Shown here one piece after another: positions 13,851 through 28,300 of a stretch of 64,000 nt of DNA. A program made the position numbers and the translations under genes. The stretch's first letter is position 1. Every line of letters begins with the position of its first letter. This stretch comes from the human T2T-CHM13v2.0 reference genome, Homo sapiens, in the NCBI RefSeq assembly GCF_009914755.1, contig NC_060945.1, one strand, 5' to 3'. The notes below the pieces were generated by a model that did no database searches, was not told the origin of the DNA, and saw only the letters and a list, made by a program, of their open reading frames with translations.

Positions 13851-14489
13851 AGTTTCACTCCACATTTGAATTGGATTAACTCATGCCATGTTAGGCAAAC
13901 GTGCCCCTCAAATCCTTCCACTTAACAGACATTTATTGAAGGTTCCTGTGTGCGGGGCCCAAGAGAAGGGACATTAAATTAGGAGATGAACCTTGGGAGG
14001 CCATGGCATGCTTCGGAGCCTCGGCGTCAAAATGACAACCCACACCCCACTTGGCGGTTCATCTGGGGCCCTGGAATCAGCAGACTGAGGCTGGAACCCA
14101 GCAATGGCACATGCTGGCTGTATGTTCTCGGGCCTCAGTTTCAACATCAGTGACATGGGGATAGAATCTGCCCAGCGGAGTTAAGTCACCGCATCCCGGA
14201 GAGCCGAGTGTCTCATAGAGGCTCCTGGTGTGGTCTCCATGCTGCTGCTCAGCACGGAATGAAGAGGTTCAGGAACTTGCCCACAGCCACGGATAATGAG
14301 GGACAGAGCTGGAATTGAGCCCGGGAACCTGCACACACAGCCCAGTGTGACCGTGCCTTCTAGAGAGAGGCCAGCCCTGGCACCAGGTGGGCATGCCAGC
14401 ATCACCTTCAAGGTGTGCTTTAAGGATCCAAGATAATGTGGGTGCTTCAACAGATGCATGGCAATAAAAGGAAAGCACCATGTTTCACC

Positions 14490-15273
14490 TTCACACACAC
14501 ACACTTACACATTCACACACTCACATACTTACACACATTCTCATACACTCACACATATGCTTACACACATTCACAGGCTCACACATGCTTACACACACAT
14601 TCACACGCACACACATTCACACGCACACATACACTTACACACATTCACACACATACACTTACATTCACACACATACACTTACATTCACACTCATACACAT
14701 ACATACATTCACACACATATTCACACATTCACACATACACATTCACACACATACACTTAGACACCACACTCACATTCACACACATTCACATACATTTACA
14801 CACACATCCACACACACATTCACACACATTCACATTTACATTCACAAACATTCACACATACATTCACACGCACTTACAGTCACACATACACTTATACACA
14901 GTCACACAGACTTGCACATAGACTTACACACATACACTTACACACGCACTCACACCTTCACACACACAGGCAATCACACATTCACACTCACGTACACTTA
15001 CCCACACATTCACACATACACACACCACATACACGCATACACTTACACATGCACTCACACACTATCACATTCACACACACATACACTTACAAACTATCAT
15101 TCACACACATACACACATACACATGCATTCACACACATGCTCACACACTCACACATACACTTACACTCACAGTCACATACACCCACATTCACACACATAC
15201 ACTCACATTCACACGCACATACACTCTGACACACATATACATACATTCACTCACACATACATTCACACACACA
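14490..15273. repeat. Complex CA/CATT-rich low-complexity repeat (~0.8 kb)
   Basis: Degenerate cacacattcacacacatacactta units. Confidence 0.95.
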
Positions 15274-18200
15274 CGGATGCATTAGTTTTCAAGTCAGGAT
15301 CCTAGCACAGCCCACACCCTGCATTTGCTTGGTGTCTCCTGAGGTCTCTAGTTATACTTCCCATCCCTTTTCTTGCCATGTATTTCCTGAACACATGTTA
15401 TCTTTGATCCTTAAACCATGACTTAGAGATACAGATGTATGACAAGCTGAGAGATGATGTGAGACTGTTGTTAATTTTTTCTCCATGTACTAATTACATT
15501 GTGGTTATCTTAACCACAAAGGAAGCGTTCTACTCCAGAGAACCGCGTGGAAACAGTGCAGATGGACTAGCACGATACCTGAGAGGAGCTTTAGGATAAC
15601 TCCGGTGCTGGGGAGGTTGGGGCCCAGTTCAAGCAGGAGGGGAGGCGTGGGGACAGGTGTTGAAGCTGTGGGTGTGCAGCGGAGGCTTCATGACGCTTTC
15701 CTCCTGCTCTTGTGTACGTCTGAGCATTTCCATAACAGGGAAGTGTTTTGTTTTGTTTTTTAAATAACATTTTAAATGCCTCTGGCACATGGGAATCCAT
15801 GGTAATTTCTGTCGTTGTTGTATATTCTTTTTCAAATGCAAGGACCTGAAAAATATCTCCTAAACTGGAAAAGGAAATGAGGCTGAATACAGATTTTATT
15901 TTAGCAAATAGAGAAGCAGTGATTGTCTGGCGGTTAACTGTAATCCATTCTGAGTGTGACTTTACTGTTAAGTATTCTAAAAACAAGAGACCAAACAAAA
16001 TGAACAATATGTCCAAATGTGTATATATATAATTTGTAACTAGAGGTAAATTGCAGATGAATTGCAGATGTACACAGACAGATGGATGGACAGATGATTG
16101 ATATAGATTGATTGACAGATGATTCATAGATAACTTGCAATGTTTCTTCAGTGAACGCATATTTATTTCTTGGGTAATAAGAAAAAACAATAGAATGTGG
16201 AATTTGGGGCTTGGCCTCTTTTAGCTCATTTAAAAAAATATTAAACACTTGGAATTATCGAGCGCTGAAAAAGGCAATAGAAAATTCACCTTTTAACTCC
16301 CTCAAAGATAGAAATGTGTGAATCTGCTAGTGGGTTGCGTTTGGCTGGTCCTGCAGGCTGATTTGGTCTGTTCTCTCTCCCAGAGAGATCCCCAAGCCCG
16401 GCTGAGATGTGCCTGTTTGTCTTGAGGGCAGACAAAGCCTAGCAAAATCTTATGGAAGCTGATATAAAAGCTTAATAGCTTATAAAAGCTCTAAAAATGA
16501 TTCACAGTCTAGGATAGAGAAAATAAAAGGAATTTGAATTGGTTTATTTTCCTTTAGAGGAGCCTAAATCAATATTTATTCTGAGTATGCAATCAGAAAT
16601 ATCAGTAATTTGAGAACAAGGCAAACAGAGCTGCACATCCCGTTATGGCCACGAGCCCACCTCGCCTTCGTTCAGACCACAGCTGAAGGTCTGACTTAGG
16701 TGCAGCACGCACCCCTGGAGCTGAGGGCCTGGAGCAGGGCCAGGCCGGGCTCTTCTCTCTCTTGTCTGTCCTCGTCTGTGGGGGAATGAAGATGACACAG
16801 CACTCAGGAGGTCCTTTTCAGGACCCAGAGTCACTGGGCTTTTAGGGCGTTTGGCTCTGGTTCTAGCCCGAGTGTGGTCTCAGTCCCCATTGGTGGTTGT
16901 GGTTGTGGCATGGGCATCATTAGTCACACAACATAAAACCACAGAACGCAGAATTTGCTCACCCTGGTTCACACAGGAGCAAGCTTGGGCACCAGCACCC
17001 CCTGAACGCATGCCAAAGGGCAGGTCCAGCTCAGTGCTGGGGTGTGGAGGAACCCACCTGGGGCCTGCCTGCAAAGACAGATGCCCTGCCGTGTTTAGAA
17101 AAAGAGAAAACTGGCCTAAACCACAGTGAGGTCAAATGGATCATTTAACCCGTCGAGTTTGGTTTCTTGTTCATCCGACGCGGTTGATCTTATTAACGCA
17201 TATGTGTTTGTGTTGATGTGGCCTCCAGCTTCTGTCGCACTGTGGACACAGTTGGATGTGGCTGCTAATCAATGCGGGGCTCCGTAGGTCAGTGAGAGCA
17301 ATCAGAGCCTGCTGTGCGGTGGCATCCCCGAGTTAAGACAGGCTTTTGTCCCATACTCTATTGAAACACCCAGAAATGCTGACATGTTGAAGTTAAGGCC
17401 ATGTGCCTTGGTGCTACTTGCTTGCGAAACAGCCTTTGAAGGAAAAAGGAGGAGGAGGATCCATGAGTTTCAAGGGTCCCCTCCTGTAATCACGGCTGCC
17501 ACTCAACGGAGTAAGTAATGTGTAGCGGGCCCTCTATCTGCATGACGAATCCTCCTAACATTCCTGTGGGCGAGGTAGGATTTGTCTCGCTTTGCAGCCG
17601 AAGAATCAGAGCCTCAGAAAAGTTAAGAAATCTTCCCTGGGTCAAGCTGGTAGGAGGAGGGACTGGAACTGAACTCACATCTCCACCTCCTCTCTTCCTA
17701 CTCCTCTGCCTTTCTTGCACCTAGAGCAGTGTACAACATCAACAACTGACCAGGGCGATCCTAGAGGTAAGAGACAGCCGAATGGCACGGACCCAGCCAA
17801 GCCCAGGCCTGCCCAGGTGGAACAGAGCCAGCTAGGAGCATTCGGTAGCAGAGGTCAGTCCGCTGATTGACTGTTCTCACTTCCAGGCCCACAGCCTCCT
17901 CCACCCTGATGGTCTATGAGTCTAGTGCGGCCCTTTGCACAATTTTAGCAACTGAACCCTTTTCCTCACAGAATTGTGATACCGTCCTAACATATGAAGC
18001 ATATATAAACAGTTGGGCAAATCATAATAGTTTCCATTATTTCATAAATTTGCATTTGTGGCACCAAGGAGAGAATTAATGGGAACAAGAGGGTTCTTGT
18101 GTGAGTTCCGCATTTGGATTTGGGGGTTCGAGGTGGCAGCTATAGGCTCACATTAGTGTCTGCATCACTTTGCTTCAGTTTGTCACGGTGGCCCCCCAAA

Positions 18201-18766
18201 TCCAGAACCGCCCTCCTCGCTGTGTGAGGAGGGTCCTGCCTGCACCGCTTTGCAGACATGGGCCAGCCTGGATGCCTGGGCGACGCTGCCCTGCGACTCG
18301 CTGGCCTGCAGGACATCTGCAAAACATTCAGGTCTCACGGCAGTGGCCATGAACGGCCTCACAGACACTGAGTGGACCTGACCCCAAAGAGAATGCGTCG
18401 TCCTTGAACGTGTCGATATTTAGGTTATTACACAATGAGTGTGTTGCTTTGCAATTAGTGTCTGAAAGAGTTAGAGCAGATGTACATATAGAAACGAAGA
18501 AACGAAATCTGAATCCATGCTGACAGATTCCCCCTCCCCAAACCTTGCTCAAGGTAACACAGGCGACCAGGAGCAAGTCCCGGCCGGCCCCCTGCTAGCG
18601 TGGTCTGAGTGGCCCAAGCAGGACCCCTGCCCAGGCTCACTGGACTCTCCTGGAGCCCCCAGACACGACACCCTTCCTCATCACTGAAAATCCACTTCCA
18701 CAGTGTAGGAGATGCATGGATCTGAGGGCCAGTAGGAAGTGCTGGAGCTTTAGGCTTTAGACATTC

Positions 18767-18830
18767 TTTTTTTTTTTTTTTTTGAGACAGGGTCTCCATT
18801 TGTGGCCCAGGCTGGGGTACAGTGGCGTGA
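18767..18830 (-). mobile_element. Severely 5'-truncated Alu
   Basis: Poly(T) plus gagacagggtctc...cccaggctggggtacagtggcgtga only; flanked by gacattcttt and gaaattcttt. Confidence 0.75.
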
Positions 18831-20286
18831 GAAATTCTTTAACACTCTGCCGAGTCCTGGCCCTTGGGGAGTGAGGCCTGGCTATGAGGCTTCTTGTCAG
18901 AACTCCGTGTGACTCTCAGGATGGAAGAACAGGGTGGGGGCTGCTCCTCCCCTCCCTCCCTCCAGCCCCTGGCCTTTGTAAAACGGCTCCGCCTACGCGC
19001 CTGTAGCCAGTGCAGAACCAGGGAGGCCTCTCCCCTTCCCTTCCCAGGAGGGGCCCCGCCTTGTCCTCCATGCCGGATTCTGTTCGTCCTCCCCCAGGTC
19101 CTCTCTGCTGCCTCCCACTGCCCCATTTCCTCCAGGAACCTTCCTCTCTCCTACCACCAGCCTCTCTCCTACCCCCAGACACACACTCTTTACATGCCGA
19201 TTTCTGTCCTCTGGTTAACTGGCGTTTAATTTTCTCAGCTGCTTGGCTTAATGCCAAAGAGTGTTCTTCCAAATAAAAATGGTAAAGACCTTTTTTCTCC
19301 CATGAGAATTTTATGTAAACGCAGTGCAGCATGCTCGTAGGCTGGTTCTGTTATCAATTTCTAAGCTCAGCTTCCAGAGCTAGAGAACTTTTTTATTGGT
19401 TATAAAAACCCTACATATTCAGTGCAGAAATTCTGAAAAATGCAGAACAGTATCAGGGAGAAAATAACTCATCCCCCACTACCCAGAGAAAACCGCTGTT
19501 AACACCGAAGTGCCACAGTTGCTGGCGTTCTCACACAGGTGTGCGTTTAGGAGTGTGTAAGTGCGTGTAAGTGTGTGTCTGGCTTTCTTTCACATAATTT
19601 TGTGTCCTGATCATTTTCACTCAGCATTACATCAGCAGCGGTTTCCAATATAGCATTAAATTGTCTTCAAAAACATGATTTTAATGCCTCTATAAAGTTC
19701 CATCATGGAGGCTCACTAAAATGTAATCACTTCATTGTTTATGAGATACTCAGCTTAATTCCATTTCTCTGCAGTGAATAATCCAGAGGAACACGCTCAG
19801 TGTGCATCTTTGCTTGCAGCAGGGCAGCGCAGGGCATTGGTTGGGGTATAAATCCGGGGGTGCAGTGGAGATTAGATTAGATCGTCCGTGGAAAGCACCA
19901 GAATGGTGCCTGGCACTTAATAAATGCTCTTATTAGTATGTTTATCTTCATTATGTCCCTAAGAGCCATTCCTGGAAATGAGACTGTGAGTCAAAGGGCA
20001 CAAATACCGCCAACCTGCTTTCCGACAGCGCTGTGTGGATACACGGGCCCGAACGGCGCCAGCCTCACTGCCTCTGCGTTAGTGCCGCCACTTCATCTCA
20101 GATACTCTCCTGAAGATAAGAGGAGAGTCCCATGCAGCCATAAGAAAGACAACGGAGAGATCTGTGTACCCTCCACCCAGTCTCCCCTACTGGGACTGTC
20201 GTGCAAAATTATGGCCCAGTCTTACAACCAGGGTATTGACAGCGAGACAAGCCCCCATCTGATCCAGATTCTCCAGTTGTACTTGC

Positions 20287-20713
20287 TGATGTCGTTTAGA
20301 TATTTGTCCCCGCCAAATCTCATGTTGAATTGGTATCCTCAGTGTTGGAGTGGGGCCTGGTGGGAGGTGACTGGATCGTGGGGTGGGTTTCTCACAAATG
20401 GTTTAGTGCCATCCCCTTGGTGCTATCCTTGAGATAGTGAATTCTTGCAAGATCTGGTTGTTTATGTGTGAAGGTAGAAGGCATCTCCTCTCTCTCCCTC
20501 ACGGGTGTGCACGCCTCCCTTCATCATGTGATATGCCTGCTCCTGTTTCACCTTCCATCCTGAGTGAAAGCTCCCTGAGGCCTCCCCAGAAGCCCAGTGA
20601 TGTCGGTGCCATGCTTATACAGCCTGCAGAACTGTGAGCCAATTAGAAATTGGCTTTATAAATGACCCAGTCTCAGATATTTCTTTATAGCAATGCAAGA
20701 ACAGCCTCATGCA
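20287..20713 (+). mobile_element. MST-type (MaLR) solo LTR inserted in an antisense L1M fragment (~20110-21160)
   Basis: tgatgtcgtttagatatttgtccccgccaaatctcatgttgaatt ... cagcctgcagaactgtgagccaatta ... ttctttatagcaatgcaagaacagcc. Confidence 0.85.
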
Positions 20714-22027
20714 CTTGTACTCACTTGAGCATGTGCACTTACTTCTGCACGATGTTCTTGCCTGTGTAGACTCTTACATCCACAACCACAGTCACAGTCT
20801 AGAACATTCCATCGCCGCAAGGCTGCCTCTTATAACCAACCACATCCCCTACCTGCACCCATTTCCAACACCCCATGCCTAACTCGATTTCCAGCACCCC
20901 GTCCTGGTGAACATGAATCTGTTCTCTATCTCTTCAATTCCGTCATTTCAAGAATATTATATAAATGGGATTACACAGTATGTAACCTCTTGAGACTGGC
21001 TTTTTCCAACTGGCATCATTCCCTTGAGATCCATCCAAGTGGTTGTGTGCACCTTTTCCTTGCTGAGCCGTGTTCCATGTTGTGGGCCGACCCCAGTTTA
21101 GCACTCGCCCATTGGAGGGTTGGAGGGCATCCGACTCATCTCTAGTGTGGGGCAGTGCGTCACCTTCTCACAATTGTCAACGGGATTGTCACTAGTATTT
21201 GCCTTCCATGTCTTGGAGGCCAATGTGGCTGCTCTTAGAAATCAGTCCTCCTTATTTTGGTTGGGGAGATTTCTGATGTCAGTTTGACGTTTATAATTAA
21301 TAAGCATCATCATCAAGTTACAAGAGTAAATAAAAATATGAGGCAGGGTGAAATGTAAGATGCTCGAGAGGCTGAGATCAGTAGCTGTGTGAATACAGCA
21401 GGGCGGGCACCAGCAGTGAGCTCCACGGGGCCCAGCGTCCGGCCTCATTAACCAGCTGCCCTTGGGGAGGAGCAGAGCCCGCTCTTCCCTCCTGGGGAAG
21501 GGTAGTGTGATGGAAAGACAGGCTGCCCTTCTCTCCTGCAGGAGCTCAGCATCATGCTGTGTACATGCCTGGGCTCTCTTCTTCAGCCCTAGCCACTTAA
21601 AACCACTTGGAGGGAAAGATTGTAGAATAATTATAATGAGGAAAATTTCGCTCCAGATTCGTTACTCCAAGTTCAGAGAAGCTCTGTAAAAATTGTTGCT
21701 AAGGCAATTGAATAAAGAATGTCAGCCGATGTAAGCGATAACAGCAAGACAATGAACATAATTGCATGTTTTACAACAACCAACCTCAAAGCATGACTTC
21801 CCTGACATAGATATGTTTTTTAATGATTTTGAAAGGTAACACAGACATTTTCAGGGATTTGGAGAGGAAACTAATGCCATCCTGGTTTACCAGCTTTATG
21901 GGGTCATCTCTCCGGTGAAAAAGACTGCAGCCAGCCTCGCAGAGAGGGCGCTGTCTTAGGGAGGCACCTCCAACTGTCCCCGCGACCCAGCCCCTAAGTG
22001 CTTCACATCAACACTGTTCTTTTGTGA

Positions 22028-22392
<365 letters not shown>

Positions 22393-25300
22393 TAGTTATC
22401 TTGTTTGTCCAGGAATTGGAGCATTTCTAGGTAGCACCACAAATGTCTGTGCAAGAAACCCACAATTTCCAGTGGTCATTGGCTTTGTGCCAATCCAAAC
22501 TAGAGTCTGACAAACCCAGCAAGAAATATTCGCGGCAGCTGCAAGGAAGCTCCTCAAATAGAAATAGAAAAATGAACCAGGGTCTGCTCTTCCCTTCCGG
22601 GTGTGGAATCAACGGAAGCCGACTCAACACAGAGCCCTGGGGGCGTGAGGGGTTTGGCGGGATCTCTGCCGGCTGCAGATCTCTGCTCTGTTATTACCAG
22701 CCCTTCTGCCCAGCTCCTAATTGCTCTGAAGAGGGAATAATTTTCTCAGCAGCCATTGCCAGCCACATTTGGACTGAATAGATGCTGAAATGGCAAGGGT
22801 AAATGGGGCAGAGACAGTGAAAAGCCATTTTCTATCTGGAGCCCAAATAAAATCTTCCTCCCACACTCCTGCCTGGCTCCTCCGCAGCCTCAATGCCCTT
22901 CTGAGAGCTGCCTGCCCCAGTAGGAGGCCAGGCTGGGACCAAGGACACCCAGTTCTGGGTAACCATCTTCCCATGGCTCCTTGGACAACCACCTTAAAGA
23001 AGGGAAAGGCAAGAAGCAGAAGGAAAGCAGAGGCTGGACATTGGAATCAGCCTTTCTTTAAACTAAAAAAAAGTTTTCACATATGTGAATGCGTGTGTGA
23101 ATTTGAAGTCGTATGTGGAAGGGGCCATATATCCGTCAATGCATGCTCCAAAAATCAGAACTGATGGACGGCAAACAGCATCGGATGTGCAGCCAGCATT
23201 CTTCCGGCGGCCACCTCCCGGGGGAAATAGGTGCAGCAGACAGGACCGTCTGTGGGACGGGGACAGGCAAGCATGACAGCAGGTACCACAGATCAGGGTG
23301 CACAGACAGGGCTGGGGGAGGCAGCGTGGCACGGCACCCACTTCCCCTCGGCGTGTCTGGGCTGAAGCCCAGTGGACTCCCGCTGATCAGAAGGATCCTC
23401 CACTAGAAGGATCTCACTGGACGAGTCCCCTCCAAACTGGAACATGCAGGTGCCTTGGGCTTCATGCTGCACCTTTCAGATAAAAACACACAGGTGAGCT
23501 GGGAGAGCTGGAGTCCCATGGACCCCAGAGATCCAGGTCACGAGGAGGGGATCGCGCTGCACCAGGACACATTCACCAAGGTGAGCCCTGGTTCCTCCCC
23601 ACAGGCTGTGGGCAAGGAAGTGTCGATGCCAGGCTGGCTCAGTAGGTGGAAGAACCTTCCGGAATGCCTGCCCGCAGGCTGCTGCTGGCATCGAGTCTGT
23701 GTCCTATTTTCCATTCACTGCATGCATCCTCCAAGTATGATTTCCACTCGGAACCCTGAGCTGCCTCATCCCTCGCTCCGTCTCCCCTCCCTCCCGCCCA
23801 GCTCACACTGAAATCACGCCTCGCGTTCAGCGGCTGGAGTCCTGGTGGATTGCTGCTTCGGGGCTCTCAGAAATCCCTTTACTTGAGTCTTGGTTTTACA
23901 GGAAGACCATGAAGCACCCCCCAGGAGCTGGAGCTCCTCCTTCTGGACCCAGTGTCTCTTCTCAGCCTCACGACGAGGAGACCTGCTCATGGAGCTGCTG
24001 CGCCGGCCTGAGCTCTGATCCCTCCTCCGACCCAGCCTCACCCTGCAAGCAGCACCATGTGGGGCTCAGAATGGGGATCTTAAGGGACCCTTCCCACAAC
24101 CTCCCGATAAGCCTTTCCACGGAGGGCCCAAGCGGAGACAGGAGAACACTGTATTTGATAAAATAGAGTCAAATCCAGGAAAATGCCTCTGGACCCGGAA
24201 AGGAAACGACTCACCCCCCACCCATGAGAGACCCTTCTGTCCTGTCCCTTAACCCAGAGGCCCTGGGCATGGGTTTCGCAGCCCCCTGGAGGCCAGACCC
24301 TCAAACTCCAGCCTTGTTTCTTCTAAGTGTGCCAGTCAAGATGCTTCTCACTGCAAGAAACAGACTCTTTCTCAAGCCAGTTCAAGAAGATCTGCGTTGC
24401 TGCAGAGGCCGATGGGTGTGGGGAGCAGGCTCAGTGAGAGACTGTCGTAAGGAGGCTGAGAGGTCTTCAGAAAAATCCCCAGGACCTGGGGTGCCAGGAG
24501 CCTGGGCGGGCCTGGGCTCTCGCAGCCTGCAGCCCCTCCCCTCCCTCTCACAGCCTCCGCTGCCCCCGGGCTCAGGGCCCCTGCCTGTGCCTTCTCCTGA
24601 GGCTTCTCCTTTTTACCTCTCAGGGTCCCAGTGTGGCCAGCCCGGCACTAAACCCATGCGACCCTGGCTCACTGACAGTCGCCACCAGCTCCACATCTCT
24701 CAGTAAAAGTTCCCCCAAAAGAGTGTGATTGGGAGCTAGCCAGCGGGGCTTAAGGCAGCCCCCTGCTCCAGTCCCCTTGGCCATGGAGACAGGGCAGGGT
24801 TAGCAGGAGGCAAGGCATGCGCAGGACAGCTGGCCGGCAGAGGTCCCGTGTGCTGTCATGGGTGCAGGGTGGACACTGTGACCCTGGGTCCCCCACTTGG
24901 AAGGGGTGATCTAGAGGGACTTTTGTCAGAAAGACCCCCACCCAGCCAATCTGACTGATGGGGCCATCACCTTGACAACAGGCTTGGTGGCAAAGCAAGA
25001 GGGTACAACCGACCAGAGCCCCGGGTCCCCTGTGCCCTCCTGCACTGCCTGACAGGGCTGGGCCATGGCCCGTACCAACCGTGAGCTGAGCCAGGAATCC
25101 AGTCAAACCGTGTGCCTGAGTGACACGTAGCTCTCTTCCTTCTCTGGATTCACTGCTGATCAACCCCAACAAGCAGCAGGACTGTCTTGCTGTGAACCCA
25201 CCGCTTGCGGACCCCTCCCCAGGCCTCCATTCCCGCCTTTCTGAAGGTCAAGGCAGCGCCCTCCCCAAGAAACGGTGGGAACAGAGGAGCCAGGTGTTCG

Positions 25301-28300
25301 TTCTTCCCAGCTCCGGAAACGCTGCGGATTGCGCACTCGAGTTCCTGCTGACATAACAGTGGCTGCCAGACAAAATGTGGCGAAAAGTTTTTCTAGGTGC
25401 CTTTGTTCACTCAGAGACTTCCTAGAGACTTGTGTGAAAATCACAGGATTTGCAACCAGTGGGGACGTTGAGATTCGTGGCAACTGAAATGATACAAACT
25501 TGAACTTTGTGTCAAACCAGTAGTGTTTTGTGTAATTCTTTTCAAACCTGTCATTTCACTTACTGCTTCTCACAGCCCCAAGGGGCAGGTGGAGTTGATG
25601 CCATCAACCCTATTTACAGAATGGTAAACTGAGGCTCCCACTGGTTATGCGCTTGCCCACAGGGTTGAAAGAGAAGCCATGGACAAAAGGAGTCACTGGT
25701 TACCCAAAGGGCTTCCTGTTCTCAAATCCACTGCTCCTTCCATTACGTGGTGTCTAGAAGGAGGCTCTTTTGGATATAGACATTAAATAATCTGGGAGTC
25801 AGTGTATGCTGTGATCAAGCATGTGCGGTCCGCAGCCGATGGCCCAGGATGCAGTCCTGATGTACACTTCTGGCTGGGTGCGTGGGAGCCACACACATCT
25901 CTGTGTGCCTTGGTTTCCGTGTGTAAACATCTTAGACTAGTGCTTGCCTGTGGTTGGCACCTGGTAAGTGTCAGCCTTCTCTAATGTAGGCAGCTTGAGG
26001 GCTCCCAGACAGTGATGTTCCCGCTGACATTCCCAGGTCTCAGCTGATTATGAAGAGGCATCAATTTCCAGTGGGGGAGCCGCCCTCTGTCTCATCATTT
26101 GTTTCTCTCATCTTGCTTTAATATCACAGCACTGCCAGTCAAACCACACAAAAGGGTTTGTGATGACCTGCCGTGCATTCTCGTAAGCTCCAGCCCTGAC
26201 TCGCCTGCAAGCCAGAAGCCAACATAAAACTTTCGTTTTTCCCTTAATCTTGCTGCCTCTGCATCTCATTTTCAAATTTCATTTTATCAACTTTTTTTGC
26301 ACTATTTGTTTCTGGATAAAGGATTTGCAAAATTCTTCAGCATGTGGTCAGGAAGCCCTGTGGCCTCCTGACGAGGCAGCCTAGGGGTCCTCCCGTGGTC
26401 TGAAGCTGCAGCCGGGCTGGCCTCCCACAGTCAGGAGCAGCATCAGGCTGGGTGCTTCTGACACCAGCGAAGAGCGCGGCTGTCCAAGCCCCCATCCCTA
26501 GGGCTCACGCCTCATGCCCAAACTCGCACCCACTTTGGCGCCGCTGGAGACTAATGAACAGCAAAAGCTGAAGTCATGACTCTCATCCAGATCTAAAATG
26601 ACCGTGTGTCAAACATTTTTACTGAACTGATGAATCGAATGGGAACTGGTAAGAAGGTACGACCAGTTCAAAAGAGAAATCCAAGAACCCTAAATGTATA
26701 AGGAGTGAAGCAATGTTGAAATGGACTTACAAACGGATGCAGCTATATTCTCCAGTGGAGACAGCCAGTGCCAACTTTTGTGCTTATTCCAAATTTCCTG
26801 ACAGCCTCCCCACCTTTTTTCCAACATAATCTCAAAGAGAGATTATTCTGGATGGCAGAATAAGGCTGGTCCCCCTAGGTGTGGCATCCTTGCTTGCATA
26901 GAGGTGGCAAGAGTGCCACCATACCAAACAGGCCTTTTTCAGTTTGTTTTGCTGGAAGACCTCAGAAGATATCAGAAGCAAAAGCCTCTGTTGTTTGCTA
27001 TCCTAAGGTTAGGAAGCCAAGCATAAAAAGCTCTCCTCCAGATTTCACCGGCAGTACTTATAAATTTGATGAACCCCTCTCTTCTCAAGGCCCCCACGAT
27101 ATTCCAAAACCCTGGCCTGCCAGAGTAGAGCCTTTTTTCCCATCTTGGAGGCTGTGACCCTGAGAGCCCCTACCCTCCCCCAGGGGACTTTGTGGGCATG
27201 GACGTTGCACAGTCACCCTCGGCCCCTCAAGAGCGGTCACAGCCCAGCAAATGAGCGTCGTTCTCACGCACGTCTCTCAGGCTTAGGCTCGGTTGCATAA
27301 ACCTTCCCCAATTTTATCCTGGCAAGGAGGAGGACAGATCCTTCCGGAACCTTTGCAGATATTGCCACCAAAAGTAAAGCCTTCATAAAAGTTTGCATTT
27401 GGGGAGGAAGGAGAGCAGATGGTGAAAATCAGATATCACTTAAGAATTACTCATTTCAGTTTACAAAAAATCTAGGTCGTTAAAGGTGACTGATAGCTTA
27501 AGAAGACAGGGAAAGGGCTTCATAACAGAGCCGGAAAGTCCAACAGTACAACGACACGCATGATGCCAAAAAGTAAAGCGTTCCTCACTCATTCCACTCA
27601 GTGCTCCGTAACTGATTCTCCACTGGCTCCTGGGCTGCAGCCTCATGAAGCCAGCTGTTCCTCAACTGAAAAGAGCCCTGGAAGCCCTGGGCAGCCCACT
27701 GGCAGGGTCTGAATATCATCTGAGCGAGGCCATCAGAAGCTGTCCCCAGGAGTCTGTGCTTGGGGGTCAGTCATCGGAGGTGCTTACTGCGGTCCTTTTC
27801 CATGGGGCTCGAAGCTTCTGCATTGAATCACGAGCTCTGGCCTCCAGCCTGGTGCAGAACCTTCCAGGGGGCATTGGAGTAAAAGCTTCTGTAGATGACA
27901 GCTACCCCTTTTTTGGTCCATTTTATAGCAGAGGAAATTTAGGTTCAAAGAAGTTGAGTTGAGAGTCCCAGGAGTAAGAAGCAGTCAAGGATCCCCCCAG
28001 GCCTCCGGGGCCGCCTGGGCTGCCTGGCCTCACGACCTGGCCCCATGCTCCTGAGATGGAGAAGCCCCAGGCCCATGAGCCTGTTGCCCTTGGCAAAGCC
28101 ACTTCCCTTCTGAGTAAAGTCAGACGAGCCTGCCCAGTCCCAAGAGACTGCGATTCCGTAATCGCCCTCCCCTCGCCTTTTGAGGTCTTGCTGGTAGGTG
28201 CACCCCCTTCAAGCCAGCCCAAGGAGCCATGATTTGAGTCGGTCTTGCCAGATGTGTCTGGAGAGAATTTAACTCCAAGATCATCCCCCGTGCACTCTGA

